A stretch of DNA of 64,000 bases from a virus (IMGVR_UViG_3300012344_000386:32001-96000), one strand, 5' to 3'. Counted from the first letter of the stretch, positions 10,072 to 23,171 are shown. The notes: a model not told the origin generated them from the letters alone. Translations and numbers: made by a program.

Positions 10072-11328
10072 ATGGCAGAAAAAAAGAAAGATACAAATAA
10101 AAAAGAAAATAAGTGTTCATTTTGTGGTAAGACGAAAGACCAAGTTGCATTACTTTTTAATGGTGAATATGGAAGTATTTGTAATGAATGTTGTGACCAG
10201 ATTTACAATATGAATTTGAGTATAGTAAATCATAATACACAGTTTTTACCACCAGATGATAATTTTCATAAGGATGATGTAAAAAAACCTACAGAGATTA
10301 AAGAATTTTTGGATCAATATGTAATTGGTCAGGATAAAGCGAAACAAAGGTTAGCAGTTGCAGTTTATAATCATTATAAGAGAATTAAACAAAAAGGATT
10401 TGATGATGTAGAGATTGAGAAGAGTAACTGTATACTTTTGGGAGACACTGGTACTGGTAAAACACTTTTGGTTAAGTCTATTGCTAAAATGTTAGATGTA
10501 CCAATTAGTATAGTGGATTCTAATTCTATCACCGAAGCAGGATACGTTGGTGATGATGTTGAGACTGCAATCACAAGACTTCTCCAAGCATGTGATTATG
10601 ATGTTAAGAAAGCAGAACACGGAATAGTATTTCTTGATGAGATTGATAAGATTGCAAGGAAATCCGGAGGAAATCCATCTATAACAAGAGATGTTTCAGG
10701 TGAAGGCGTTCAACAAGCATTACTTAAAATAATTGAAGGTTCTGTTGTAAATGTTCCTCCAAAGGGAGGAAGAAAACACCCGGATGCTAAAATGGTAGAG
10801 GTTGATACAAAAAATATTTTATTTATTTGTGGTGGTGCTTTTGTTGGTTTGAATAAAATTATAGAGAGACGAGTTAATAAATCTACATTAGGATTTGTAT
10901 CAAAGGATAAGAAATATTTTTCTGATAATAAAGAAAACATATTTAAATATGTAAATGCGGAAGATTTAAAGAATTATGGTTTGATTCCTGAATTAATTGG
11001 TAGACTTCCTATTATTACATATCTTAATCCTTTAACTGAAGATGATTTGAAGAGAATTCTTACAGAACCGAAAAATGCTATTATTAAACAATTTAAGAAG
11101 TTGTTTAAATTAGATGGTATTGAACTTATAATAGATGATGAAGTTTATGATTATATAGTTAAGTTATCCATTAAGAATAAATTAGGCGCTAGGGGGTTAA
11201 GAGGAATAGTAGAGAATCTTATGGATGATGCAATGTATAATTTACCGGCGTCTAATGAAAAAGAATTTCATATAACTATAGAATATGCGAAAGAAAAATT
11301 AAAAGATTATGAAAATTCTTATGAATAA
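10072..11328 (+). CDS. clpX: ATP-dependent Clp protease ATP-binding subunit ClpX
   Basis: CSFCGK zinc-binding domain, [36 protein letters not shown]. Confidence 0.97.
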   Translation: MAEKKKDTNKKENKCSFCGKTKDQVALLFNGEYGSICNECCDQIYNMNLSIVNHNTQFLPPDDNFHKDDVKKPTEIKEFLDQYVIGQDKAKQRLAVAVYNHYKRIKQKGFDDVEIEKSNCILLGDTGTGKTLLVKSIAKMLDVPISIVDSNSITEAGYVGDDVETAITRLLQACDYDVKKAEHGIVFLDEIDKIARKSGGNPSITRDVSGEGVQQALLKIIEGSVVNVPPKGGRKHPDAKMVEVDTKNILFICGGAFVGLNKIIERRVNKSTLGFVSKDKKYFSDNKENIFKYVNAEDLKNYGLIPELIGRLPIITYLNPLTEDDLKRILTEPKNAIIKQFKKLFKLDGIELIIDDEVYDYIVKLSIKNKLGARGLRGIVENLMDDAMYNLPASNEKEFHITIEYAKEKLKDYENSYE

Positions 11329-11352
11329 TTTTTTATTTTGGAAATAATTGTG

Positions 11353-11360
11353 TATCTTTG
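11353..11360 (+). promoter_or_regulatory. Bacteroidetes-type -7 promoter element TATCTTTG
   Basis: TAnnTTTG about 50 nt upstream of a cluster of small TAG-free genes. Confidence 0.65.
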
Positions 11361-11407
11361 TATTGTTAATAAACAAATAAGTTGAACAATTAAAAAGATA
11401 TACAATT

Positions 11408-11770
11408 ATGAATAAATGGATTAAAACTTCAGAATATGTTAATAAAATGTCTACTGTAAAAATGTATCTAGGCTTACAGAAAGGCTTTGGAGGTGTTACT
11501 ATTGTTTCTGGTAATACTAGTAAAGATTATATTATTGATCATTTTGATGCTATTTGTCCTATTCCAGTAGAAGGTATGTCTGAATTTAGAAAGGATACTC
11601 ATAATTATGGTGAATCAACAATGGTATCTGTTTCATCTCTTAAAGTAGGTGATAAAATATATTATAATTATGAAGTTTTAACAGTTAAGAAAATTCAAGA
11701 TAATAAGATTGAGTTTGATGTACAAGGAATTGTAATTGATGATTTATCACTTGTAGTAGAGAAACTTTAA
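11408..11770 (+). CDS. hypothetical protein
   Basis: ORF track, 120 aa. Confidence 0.7.
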   Translation: MNKWIKTSEYVNKMSTVKMYLGLQKGFGGVTIVSGNTSKDYIIDHFDAICPIPVEGMSEFRKDTHNYGESTMVSVSSLKVGDKIYYNYEVLTVKKIQDNKIEFDVQGIVIDDLSLVVEKL

Positions 11771-11780
11771 TAATAAAATT

Positions 11781-12050
11781 ATGGAATTTTATAATATTAA
11801 TAATAAAAAAACGTTAATCAACAATAAGATGAATACAGATAATATTGTTAGAAGTATTTCAGATATTAAAGAAATTAATGGTGTATTTGAAATTCATCCA
11901 TGTGGTGATGAGACAGTATCTGGGTTTATTAAATCAGAAAATGGAAAGTTAACAGATTTTTCTGATGGAAAAGAATATACAGATTATGATATTGCTTCTA
12001 TTGAAGGATTTGAAGAAGAAGGAAATGTATTTTATAAAAAAGTAATGTAA
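11781..12050 (+). CDS. hypothetical protein
   Basis: ORF track, 89 aa. Confidence 0.65.
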   Translation: MEFYNINNKKTLINNKMNTDNIVRSISDIKEINGVFEIHPCGDETVSGFIKSENGKLTDFSDGKEYTDYDIASIEGFEEEGNVFYKKVM

Positions 12051-12051
12051 A

Positions 12052-12195
12052 ATGAATAGAAGTTATAATACTATAAATTATTCTACTATATGTATGGATA
12101 AAATAGATTTTAGAAAAGTAAAACCATCATTAAATAATATATCAACAAATGGTTTTACATATGAAGATATTCATACATTAGTTTATGGTAATTAA
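12052..12195 (+). CDS. small hypothetical protein (47 aa)
   Basis: Manual translation; abuts the previous stop. Confidence 0.45.
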   Translation: MNRSYNTINYSTICMDKIDFRKVKPSLNNISTNGFTYEDIHTLVYGN

Positions 12196-12223
12196 TAATA
12201 AATTTAACAAATAATTTAGAAAA

Positions 12224-12769
12224 ATGAAAAAGATTGCAATTATTATTGTTTCAATTATTATTGGAATTTTTGTAATTTCTGGAGTATCAATGTATTTCTC
12301 TTATAATAATCAGGAGATTTCATTGAGAAATGAAGCTGAAGCACAGAGAGGTAAGATTGAAGGCATGCATGATCGTATGTGGAAAACTATTTCTCAACAA
12401 GCACAAATTAGTGATAAGTATGCAGAGAGTTTTGATAGTATTTATACACATATTATGAGTGAACGTTATGATGCAAATGATGGCTCACTTATGAAGTGGA
12501 TTACCGAGGCAAATCCTCAATTTGATTCATCTCTCTATAAGAATATTATGGAAAGTGTTGAAGTATTGAGAAGTGAGTTTCAGAAGAGTCAGGAACGAAT
12601 GCTTGATATTGTAAGAGAACATAAAGATTTGTGTGCACGTTATCCTGGTAGATGGTTTATCAGTAATACATCGGATATTGAATATACTGTAGTTTCATCA
12701 AGTAAATCAAAAGCTGTTATGGAAACAGGAATTGATAATGATATAGATATTTTTAAGAATAAGAAATAA
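12224..12769 (+). CDS. N-terminally anchored membrane protein, LemA-like helical phage protein
   Basis: N-terminal TM segment followed by helical domain ending YPGRWF. Confidence 0.7.
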   Translation: MKKIAIIIVSIIIGIFVISGVSMYFSYNNQEISLRNEAEAQRGKIEGMHDRMWKTISQQAQISDKYAESFDSIYTHIMSERYDANDGSLMKWITEANPQFDSSLYKNIMESVEVLRSEFQKSQERMLDIVREHKDLCARYPGRWFISNTSDIEYTVVSSSKSKAVMETGIDNDIDIFKNKK

Positions 12770-12855
12770 TTATATTAATAATATTAAATGGATATTACAA
12801 AATACTATCCATTTTTTATAATAAATATAAAAAATAATTTTTTGATTTTCAAAAT

Positions 12856-15648
12856 ATGGTAAAAACTAAGTTAAATATACCTGCTACTCTTGTACATTGT
12901 GTAAATGGTACATAGTATAAGATTAACGGTATTCTTTTATCGATTAACGAGTCTAACGATACTTGTTCAATGCGTTTTGATGATAATTACACAGAGAACA
13001 ATATTCCATTAAATAAGATTTTAATTAATGAAGGTTTCTTAGATAAGATTAAGGAATACGGAAAGAAAGTAGCTTCATATATTACAGATAAAGTAAAGGG
13101 ATTTATTGCACTTATTGATGAGACAACAGATGCTGTTATTAATTGGTCTCTTAATAATGTCGGTAATCTTGCTATCATGGCATAGAAACATCAATTACCT
13201 AAAGGTGTTTATTTCGCGCCATCTGCTTCTCTTAAATCTACCGCTGGAGTTGGTGGGTTATCTATTGATCAAGCATTCGCAGAAGGTATTGCTAATGATA
13301 AGAAAAATATTGTTAATTATTGGAGTCGTGTTATTAAGCGTGCTGGTACAACAGATGAGACTATCACAGAATCTATTAAGTATGTAAATGAAACATATTA
13401 TAAAGAATCTAAATTACATAAGGCTTTGAATGAAGCAGTTTATTCATATGATGCAGTAAAGGACAGTAAAGGGTTTAGTCATTTCGGCGTCGCTGTTAAT
13501 TCAAAACAATTAATCGCCAAGCTTAAGACTAATATTAAGAATCAAATTTCTGGGCCTCTTGGCGGACACTCAGATGTTGTACCATTCCTTATTTGGGGTG
13601 CTCCAGGTATTGGTAAAACTGCAATTATTAAGCAAACTATCAAAGATATGGCTAATGCTAAATATAAGGCAATTAACTTGAATCTTGAAGTTATTATGCT
13701 TGCTGGCTATACTATTGAAAACTGGACATTACCTCGTGACTCTACACGTGAAATTGATTATGGTGTAGAACTTGGTTAGAAGAGAGATAGAACAAGTGTT
13801 CCTAAGAAATATAAGAGAGAAGGATTTACTGATACTCCTAAGAACTGGCTTCCAGTATATCTTAATACTTCTGATCCAGAGGAAAAGAAACGTCGCGATT
13901 ATTTCTGTAATACATGTAAGTTCCTTGCAACTGATGATGATGGTGAAATCACTGCATCTAACGGACATCCATTTGAAGGTGGTGTTGTATTTATGGATGA
14001 ATATTCACGTGTTGAACCTAATGTTCAGAATATTATCATGGGTATCGTAAATGATCATAAGTTTGGTGATAATTATGTTGTTGCATCTAAATGGGGATTT
14101 GTTCTTGCTTCTAATAGATCTATTGATGAAGGTGAAGCAGATTCAGAAGATAAGAGATATTTCCCAACTGCTGCGCAGACAAACCGTTTTATCCATTATA
14201 CATATGTTCCTTCTAAGGACGAATGGATTACTTGGGCACGTTCAGTTGATCCATTGACACATGAGGCAAATGTACCTCCATTTATTGTAGACTTCATTGA
14301 AGCATCTCCTGATTATGTATGGTATTCTACTATTGCAAACGGTGGTTATGATGATATGCTTGAGAATCCAGAGGCAGATAAGAGAGCACATGAAAATGAT
14401 AAAGATTCTTTATCATCTATTCAGGATGTTCTTAATTAGGAAGTTATTCTTCGTACTAAGAGAATGGTTACTCCTCGTACATGGGCTAATACAGTAGGTC
14501 CATTCTATAAGAATGAATTAATTGAATTATTTGATGAAAATCCTGATGGTATTTCAGGTAAAGAATATTATCAGAAATTAATTGATCAATCTGTAGAAGA
14601 AAAGACTGATGATGAAGGTAATACATACAAGGAATATTATGGTGGTATTCTTCCTAATGTTCTTCAAGATGCATTGAATGGTCTTGATGATGATTATTGG
14701 GATTATTGGGTAGAAGAACATGGTGGTATTGATGACTTAGATCCTGCTGGAACTGCAACAGGTATTCGTGGACGTTATAATATCTTCATGAATTATTTCA
14801 CTGATAACATGAGAGATATGGTTGGTGATGATACAGGTACAAATGGTGCTACAGCAACCGGTCCTGTTATGAGTGCATGGAAAACATATAATGAATATGC
14901 TAAGGTATTTACACCAGATGTTATGAATACTATTTGGGAAACTGGTAGTATGCCTAAGGAATATCAAGATGATGATGATAGAAAACCATTATCTGTTGAT
15001 CAATATGCAACTTCGGAATATTCTAAGTGGAAGTGTATTTCTAGTATTGCAAAGGAATTACCAATGCAAGTATTCGCATCTTATCCAGGTAATCTTGAAG
15101 ATGATGTTGCAGCAGATTTGAAAGCATTAAAGAAAGCAAAACCAATGTCAGATTCTGATGTTGCTGCTGAAGCACAGAATCTTATCAAGGAATATTCATT
15201 TAATATTAATGGTAAATCTATTAATTTGTTATTTGATGAGAATGAATTAGCAGATATGGATACATTACGTAATAAGGTTAATTCATTGGTTAATTCTCGT
15301 GTTGCTCAACTTTATGCACATTTTGCATCATGGATTGCTAAGATTAGTATTCAAACGGAAATTGGTAGTATCGCTCATAATATGAATACAACATTGTTTG
15401 ATAGTATTAATAATATTGATACAGATCTTCGTAAGGAATTCATTAATACAGTAGCTATTAGAAAGACAAAAATTGCGTTAGAGAATGCTAGACAATAGAA
15501 ATCTTCTGATCTTAAATCTATTGCACATGAAAATCAAGTAGAAGAATCTAAAGTTCCAATTTTACCTGCGATGAATATTTTGGCAAGATCTGAATCTTAT
15601 GAATTTAATAAGACTCGTTCAAACGCTAAATCACGAGCAAAGAAATAA
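12856..15648 (+). CDS. large MoxR-type AAA+ ATPase (930 aa, five TAG=Gln)
   Basis: IWGAPGIGKT Walker A, VVFMDE Walker B, LASNR, NRF; track fragments 12970, 13426, 13993 and 14464 share one frame joined by TAG. Confidence 0.88.
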
Positions 15649-15758
15649 TGTTAGATAAATAAACAATATATAAAGAGAGTGAGTATAATTTATTAGAATT
15701 ATATTCACTCTTTTCTTTTTACAATAAATAATAAAAAGAATTTTTAACGTATTTTAAT

Positions 15759-18323
15759 ATGGTAAAAGTAAAGTTAAAAACTAATAAAACTCGAGTATAT
15801 GAAGCATATTCAAATAATACTGTTAAACAAACAATGGGTATTAAGTTGAAGACTGCTGAAGAAAAACAACGAGAACTTCAAGGATTATGGGGAAGACTCA
15901 TGAAAAAGAAGAGTATTGATATACGAAAGTTATATAAAGGGAAAACAATGGCAGATATGGGTATGGCAATACCTGTTGCTAAAATGCGTGTTCCTGTAAA
16001 AGTGAAGATAACTGATGCAATAACCGGTGTTCAAACAGAAGAGGAAATAGTTCCTGCAGAGATTGCTCAATTTTGCGAAATGGCAAAGACGCAAGCTGCA
16101 AGTACAAGGGAATTAGGACCAATTCTTGGACGATTTAATAAACCTATTTTATGGACATTTAATATTGATACTGCGGCAAGTGATGGTGTACGTATTGCGT
16201 TTAATCCTATATTTGCTGAACAACTTTTATATAAAGGAAAAGGACAAGTAAAGGAAATGCTTGCACAAGGTAAACGCATGTCGTCTAATGATAGAATTAT
16301 TACTATGGCACGTTTAGTATTATATGTTATTTGTCATGAGGCATATCATCAAATATATAGACATAGAGAACAAGCTGAAAGAAAAACAGAAACACAAGGA
16401 GGAAAGAATCATCAATTGGCAAATATTGCCATGGATGCAGAGATTAATAGAGATCTTGAAAAACAAATTCCTAAATATTTTGCAGGTGCAACTGCAGAAT
16501 GTGAGGGTATATTTGATGATAGATTCCGAATGGAACCATGGCAATTAATTTTTGATGCTTATTTCTATAATAAGGTTTCTACACCAAATCAACCTATTAA
16601 TCAAAATCCTGTTAATAATCAACAACAGCAAGGACAACAAGGTCAAGGTAGTGGTAGTTCACAACAGCAACAAGGACAAGGTGGACAATCCGGACAGCAA
16701 GATGGTCAACAAGGACAATCTGGAAGTCAATCACAATCAGGACAACAAGGTCAGAGTGAACAATCTAGTCAGTCTGGAAGTCAAAGTGATTCTGGAAATC
16801 AGTCAGGTCAATCTGGACAACAGCAATCTGGCGACGGTAGTCAACAAGGAGGTTCATCAAATTATGATGATACAGATTTAAGTGCAGCTGATCCAGATAC
16901 AATGTCTGATTATGGTATGGATCAAATGCCTGATAATACAAATAAATCTAGTGAATATCAAGATGCTTATAATGATGAAGTAAAGAAAGAATTAGATAAA
17001 GCAATGGGTAAAGGTTCTGGTAGTGGTGATGAAGATTCAGATGATAATCAGAATGGTAATGGTTCAGGTGATGATCAAGAAGGAGATAATTCAGGAAATG
17101 ATTCACAAACTGGTAATGGAAATCAATCAGGAGAACAAGGAAATGAACGAGGTAATTCTCAATCTGGTAATAGTTCGTCTGATAATGATGGTTCATCAAT
17201 GAATGGTGATATGTCTGATCAAGGTTCAACTGGCAATTCAAAATCCGGTAGAAATTCTGGACAAATGTCTGCAGAAGAAAAAGCTGCACGTGAACAAGCG
17301 CGTAAGGATGTCAAGAACGCTATTGATGATATGAAAAATAAAATCGATAGAGATATGCAAGCGGGACCTAATGAGGAAGAAGTTCAGAAACAATTGGAAG
17401 GTAAAGAATTTGATACTACTACATCTTCTACATTTGGTGGCGCCGATATGTTGTCACAAGAACAAATGGCAGAAATTGCAAAAGAATCTGGTGATCCTTA
17501 TACAGCTGAAGAATTAACATGTGATCCTAAAGAATTATCAAGAAAGTATAATGAAGAACACATGGATCAGTTAAGAAATATTTCTCCTGATTTAGCAAAT
17601 AAACTTAATGATATTGCAGATAAATTAAAGAATATGCAATCATTGGCTAACTGGAAACAAAAGTTAAGAAAACATTTCACAGCTGCAATGGAAGCGGGAA
17701 CACAAATGAAACGTTCGAAAAGAACAATGTCACAATCATGGCGTGATGATAGATTCAATCCATATAAGAAAGTTCCATTTGAAGAAAACAATGCGGCTAA
17801 TATATTTTATCTTATAGATAATTCAGGTTCTATGTATGGTAATGGAAATGGAATATTCTATCAGATATTCAAGGAAATTTGTACAATGGAGAAAACATGT
17901 AAGGTATTGAATTCTGCCAGAGCATATTTTACAACAGGCCGTATTCTTCCTGAAAATGTAGCAATGTGGAATATTAAGACACCTATAAAGAAACGTCTTG
18001 AACTTCTTGGAGATCGTGGTGGTTCTGGTGGTACAGATATTCCTGGTAATACTATAAGTGTTACAAAACTTAAGAAACCATATTATTACGATAATGGAGA
18101 GAAACATACAACAATAATTGTATTTACAGATGGTGAAGATACAGGTTGGGAACAACTTAAATTAATTCCATCAAAAATAAGAAAAGATGTTGTTTTTGTT
18201 GTATTTAATCAAAATGTCAAGTTTATATTAAAGACTTTTGCAGAAATGCAGAAATTAGGAGGTATATCATTAAAGAATTTAATTGGTATTGATACTTCTA
18301 AATTTGGTAAACGTGGTATTTAA
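15759..18323 (+). CDS. DUF2201-like metallopeptidase plus VWA domain protein with Q/G/S-rich linker
   Basis: TAASDG..FNP, HEAYH (HExxH), NIAMDAEIN; VWA MIDAS DNSGS, GGT, FTDG; follows the AAA ATPase. Confidence 0.88.
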   Translation: MVKVKLKTNKTRVYEAYSNNTVKQTMGIKLKTAEEKQRELQGLWGRLMKKKSIDIRKLYKGKTMADMGMAIPVAKMRVPVKVKITDAITGVQTEEEIVPAEIAQFCEMAKTQAASTRELGPILGRFNKPILWTFNIDTAASDGVRIAFNPIFAEQLLYKGKGQVKEMLAQGKRMSSNDRIITMARLVLYVICHEAYHQIYRHREQAERKTETQGGKNHQLANIAMDAEINRDLEKQIPKYFAGATAECEGIFDDRFRMEPWQLIFDAYFYNKVSTPNQPINQNPVNNQQQQGQQGQGSGSSQQQQGQGGQSGQQDGQQGQSGSQSQSGQQGQSEQSSQSGSQSDSGNQSGQSGQQQSGDGSQQGGSSNYDDTDLSAADPDTMSDYGMDQMPDNTNKSSEYQDAYNDEVKKELDKAMGKGSGSGDEDSDDNQNGNGSGDDQEGDNSGNDSQTGNGNQSGEQGNERGNSQSGNSSSDNDGSSMNGDMSDQGSTGNSKSGRNSGQMSAEEKAAREQARKDVKNAIDDMKNKIDRDMQAGPNEEEVQKQLEGKEFDTTTSSTFGGADMLSQEQMAEIAKESGDPYTAEELTCDPKELSRKYNEEHMDQLRNISPDLANKLNDIADKLKNMQSLANWKQKLRKHFTAAMEAGTQMKRSKRTMSQSWRDDRFNPYKKVPFEENNAANIFYLIDNSGSMYGNGNGIFYQIFKEICTMEKTCKVLNSARAYFTTGRILPENVAMWNIKTPIKKRLELLGDRGGSGGTDIPGNTISVTKLKKPYYYDNGEKHTTIIVFTDGEDTGWEQLKLIPSKIRKDVVFVVFNQNVKFILKTFAEMQKLGGISLKNLIGIDTSKFGKRGI

Positions 18324-18335
18324 AAAATTAAATGA

Positions 18336-18959
18336 ATGAGTAAAAATATATTATTATTTCCGGGTGGTTTTAAACCATTTCATGATGGACATTTATCTAT
18401 ATTAAGGTCACATATCTTTAATACAGATAATGTTCATATTGATGAAGCACGTATTTATATTTCATATAAAGATAGAGATTCAATAACAGCAGATTCTAGT
18501 CTTTGGTTTTTAAATAGTATAAAAGATAAATTATCAGATTTATATAATACAGAAATAAAAGTGAATATATCTGAATATCCTGCACCTATTAGAAAATGTT
18601 ATAATGATGTTGGAAATTCTTTGAACAATGATAAATTCTGTTTAGTTACATCAGATAAAGGAACAGATATAAAACGTAAAGAAGAATTTTGTAATCTTTA
18701 TTCAATTAATGGCAAATATTATAATAAAGATATAGGTATTAAAACTATATATATAAATGCAAATATAGAACCAATTCATTATATAAATAGAGATGATGAA
18801 TATAATAATGAATGTGTTTCATCAACTGTGATAAGAAATGATATAAAACATAAAGATTATGAAGAATTTAAAACTTCATATATCAATATGTTGAGTAATA
18901 ATATAATAAGTGAACAATTATTGAAAGAATATTATAATAAATTAATTAATTTAAGTTAA
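18336..18959 (+). CDS. HxGH nucleotidyltransferase (cytidylyl/adenylyltransferase-like)
   Basis: LFPGGFKPFHDGH and VSSTVIR motifs. Confidence 0.8.
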   Translation: MSKNILLFPGGFKPFHDGHLSILRSHIFNTDNVHIDEARIYISYKDRDSITADSSLWFLNSIKDKLSDLYNTEIKVNISEYPAPIRKCYNDVGNSLNNDKFCLVTSDKGTDIKRKEEFCNLYSINGKYYNKDIGIKTIYINANIEPIHYINRDDEYNNECVSSTVIRNDIKHKDYEEFKTSYINMLSNNIISEQLLKEYYNKLINLS

Positions 18960-19019
18960 TTTATAGTAATTTTTCAATAAGATAAATAATAAAAAAGAAA
19001 ATAATTCTATTTATATAAT

Positions 19020-21227
19020 ATGAAAAGAAAACTTAATGAAAGTTATGCATTTCCTGTAAAGATTGATGTTGTATAGCTTGTTCATGATTATCCTGAACTT
19101 CAAGGTAATATGGATGATTTGGCTACACATATTGAAGATACGAATGCAGACGCTACAGTATCAAAGGAAGAGGATGGAGATACCGTATATATGGTAATTG
19201 ACGGACTTACACAAGATGATATTATTGATATTTTTGAAGACGAATATAATATTGATGATGTTGATACTTATTTTACATATGACGACGCAGATGATGAACT
19301 TGACGATGTAGAGTCTGATGATGATGCACGTGCTGCAGCTGAAGCAGATATGGAAGATGAGTATGGCGATGATTATCAAGATATGGATGAAGACTATGGC
19401 CTTGATGATGAAGGTGAATGGCTTGATATTCCAGAAGATGATGATGCAAGAGATACAGCTATTGATGATATGAAGGATGAATATGGTGATGATTATGTAG
19501 ATATGGATGAGTCTATTGATGATGACTATCTTGATGACGAAGATGATTATGATGATATGATTCCAGATTATGATGAGGTAGATCCTAATGATCCAGATGC
19601 ATTGGATGCAAGAGATGATGCATATGCAGATATGGATGCAGAAGGTGAACTTGATGATGATGATGATCTTTATGATGAGACATATGAAGATGCAGATGAA
19701 GAATTTGCAGATGAAGATTCTTTGAATGATTCAGATGATGAATTTGATGAATGCATGGAAGATGAAGAGTTTGAGTGCTATGAATCAAAGAATGATCGTC
19801 GTTTAAAAAGAAAGAAGCTTCTTGAGAAAAAGAAAGGATGTTGTCCAGGAAAGAGAAGAAATGGTAAACGTCTTGTAAATCTTTCTGAAGCATTGAAGAT
19901 GAGAAAGAATGGACTTACCACAAAGGATATTGTAAAATCTGCAAAGAAAACAACACTTAATGAATCTATTATTAATCGTGCAATTAATAAAGCTAAGAGT
20001 GAACCTGTTAATAAAAACGCAAAACTTCAACAGAAAAGAAGAGAACTTCTTGCATTAAAGGAATCAATTGGTTCAGAGAAGTTTGAGTTCATTCGTAAAG
20101 CAATGAAGTCTGGTAAGAAGAATCTTTATGAGAAGAAAACTATTAATGGTAAGAATATTACAGAATATACAGCAAAAGAACTTCTTGAATTGTTAAATAC
20201 CGTTAAAGCACAGCATACAAAACTTATGAAATCTTATAAGTCTTTGAATGAGTCTGCTTCTAAATCAACAAAGAGAGAACTTCGTGATTCAATTCTTAAT
20301 AAAGAAAAGTTAATGAATATTCTTGATGAAGAACTTACATACCGTTTAACATATAAGAAATTAATTAAAGCTAAAGGTCTTAAGTTGAATGAGGATGAAG
20401 AAACACAAGATAATCCATTGGAACCATTACCAGTAGATCCAACAGGTTCAGATGATGCAAGTGATGATGCTGATAATGCAGATGATAGTTCAACGGATAA
20501 AGCTGATGATTCATCTACAGATGAAAATCCAGATACAGATGAAGAAGTTGAGTTATCACGTGTTGTAATTACAGTTGCAAATCAAGCAGCAGCAGATGAG
20601 CTTAAGCAATCTCTTGTAGATGCTGGTGTTCCAGATGATGCTATTGAGTTTGAAGATGAAGATGATGAAACTGATGATTCTGAAGATGATAGTGAGTCAA
20701 CAGATGACAATGCAGATGATATATCTTCTGATGATGAAAATTCAGATGATTCAACTGATACAGATGATAATGCATCAAATGAGTCTTTACATTATAATAA
20801 GTTCAAGAAATTACTTGAAGATGATAATGATGATTCTTCTGATGATGCAAATGCAGATGATTCAGACGACAGTGATTCAGATTCTGATGATGCAAATGCA
20901 GATGATTCAACAGATGATAATGTAGATGGTGATGATAAACCAGTTAAAGTTGTTTTAACAAATACAGATTATGTAAATGATCTTGCAGATGTTTTGAATA
21001 ACGAATATGGTATTACTAAAGAAGAATTTGAAGATATGATTGGTGGACAAATTGTTGATGACGATTCCGATTCAACAGATGATAATGAGTCTTCAGATGA
21101 TAGTGATTCAGATTCTGATGAAGATAAATCAGATGATAAGAAAGACGATGAACCATCTACAAATGGTGATGATGCAGTAGATGCAATGTCACAAGAAGAA
21201 TTAGATAAGTTATTCGGTGGAAATTAA
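19020..21227 (+). CDS. highly acidic protein, candidate prohead core/internal protein (735 aa, TAG at codon 19)
   Basis: MKRKLNESY start; D/E-rich tracts; several LNE sites. Confidence 0.75.
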
Positions 21228-21340
21228 TTTGTAAAAAAATATTTTTGAAAATTAGATAAATATATAGATATAGAAAAAAACTAAGAAAAAACGTTTGCTC
21301 GTTTTTCAATTAGTTTTCATTTTTCTAAATTATTTAGATT

Positions 21341-21378
21341 TAAGAGAGACTGTACGTGATGTATCGTCTCTCTTTTTA
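21341..21378 (+). terminator. intrinsic terminator
   Basis: aagagagac...gtctctcttttt. Confidence 0.7.
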
Positions 21379-21435
21379 TTTTAGACATTTTACAATAAAT
21401 ATTATATAATAATTAAAATAAGTTTTCTAAATACT

Positions 21436-21618
21436 ATGTTTACGTTTATTAATATTTTAAGTACGAATTCAGATGGAATTCATATATACTCTTATAAAGA
21501 AATTAAGAAGCTTTATAAGTTTTACCTGTATTTGTTCCGTCCAAAAGTTTGGACTATGTATAAAATATTTTATAAAATACGGAAAAATATAGTTAACAGA
21601 ATTAATAACTTATTTTAA
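21436..21618 (+). CDS. small basic hypothetical protein
   Basis: 60-aa ORF preceded by TAGACA-N17-TATAAT (21382-21410) and followed by a hairpin at ~21625-21660. Confidence 0.5.
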   Translation: MFTFINILSTNSDGIHIYSYKEIKKLYKFYLYLFRPKVWTMYKIFYKIRKNIVNRINNLF

Positions 21619-21662
21619 TAAATGAAGGTGAATAACAACAAATCTGTTATTCACCTTTTATT

Positions 21663-22703
21663 TTATAACCAGTACATATTTTTATAACCGGATTGATAAT
21701 ATTTATATTTATAATCAGGATGTAATTCTGTATAAAATTGTTTTACTATATCGCCTCTGAATTTTATTTTTCTCTATTTTGTCTTATCATTAAACAACTA
21801 TGCGTTATACATTTTAGTATTATGATTTGGTAATATTAATGTATCTGTATTTATATTCGGACATTTATCTATTTTTAATTTCAATAGCTGTACCATTTTT
21901 GAATTATCATTAATTTCTATATTTGATAATTTTTTGCAACTTTTTATTAATAATGAACCTTCTGTATAATTATTAATATTATAATTTATATTTAAATCTG
22001 TTAACTAATTACAATTTGTTATTTCTAATGGATAACCATATGTCATATTTGGTAAATTTAATGAATTAATATGTAATTTATTTAATAATACATATTTGAT
22101 ATTTAAATAATTATGATTACCCGACTATAATAAAGAAATTAATTCATGTCCTATAACTTTACAATTATTTAATATTAATCCTATTGAATATGATTTTTGC
22201 TATACGTTTTCATGTTCATATAAATGGAAATTATTTAAAAAATTATGTGGTATTGTTATATCATTTAATATATATGTTATATAATTATAAATATCATATT
22301 TACCATCATCCACTGGATATTGTATTATAATATTATAAGTATTAATGAAATCCATTAATTCCTATGTTGTTATAAAATAACAGAAAAGTCCAGAATATTT
22401 TAGTCCTGTTGGATACCCTGTTGTATATCCGCCATTTTTAGATGCTTCGGTTATAAATTTATAATCAGTTCCATTAATATTATATGTTTCTATTTTACTA
22501 AATACAGGATATTCTAATAAATTATATTTACCTAATTTTTGGTTACTATATAATTCATTAAACTTTTCCAATAGATAATCATCATCAATATATAAGTCTG
22601 ATATACTATTTGTATTTCCATTGGATAATATATCATCTGTATCATCAAATAAAGATTCATTTAAACATTTATATATAGATTTATCAAAGCTGAATTTTTT
22701 CAT
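21663..22703 (-). CDS. leucine-rich-repeat-like protein with LNESLFDD leader (346 aa, TAG=Gln)
   Basis: Frame continues through TAGs; repeats LEITNCNQL, LLIKSCKKL, LKIDKCPNI. Confidence 0.7.
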
Positions 22704-22775
22704 TTATTATTAACATAAAAATTTTACATATAATATTTATAAGTGATAAATAACTAAAATGAAAACAATTAAATA

Positions 22776-23171
22776 ATGAGTAAGGAAACTGCATCAAATA
22801 ATGTATATGGCATACCAATGTTTAATGCTCATAAATTCTCTCCAGTTGAAATCTTTTCAAATAATAACGGAAAGACAAGTTCAACAAAAGTAGTAGGATT
22901 TATAGCATCATGCGTATGTTTATTTTTATTTGTAATTCTCGTTGGATATTATTTTATTAATCCTGGAGAATGTGCAAATATTTTAGAATTTATAGATAGA
23001 ACAATTACATATTTTACTGTATCAGCTGGTCTTATGGGTATTAAATCTATTACAAGTTCATTTGGTAAGAGTAAATTAGAAATTGTATAGCAACCAAAGA
23101 AAAATACTTCAAATAAACCAGAACAATTAGAAGGTGAAGATAATACAGGAAGCAGTGATACATGTGAATGA
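22776..23171 (+). CDS. two-TM membrane protein, holin candidate (131 aa, one TAG)
   Basis: GKTSSTK followed by two hydrophobic helices and a charged tail; GATAAATA upstream. Confidence 0.55.

Noticed and set aside
16600-17270. Repeat array in the VWA gene
   Set aside because: Low-complexity Gln/Gly/Ser coding linker, not a nucleotide-level array.
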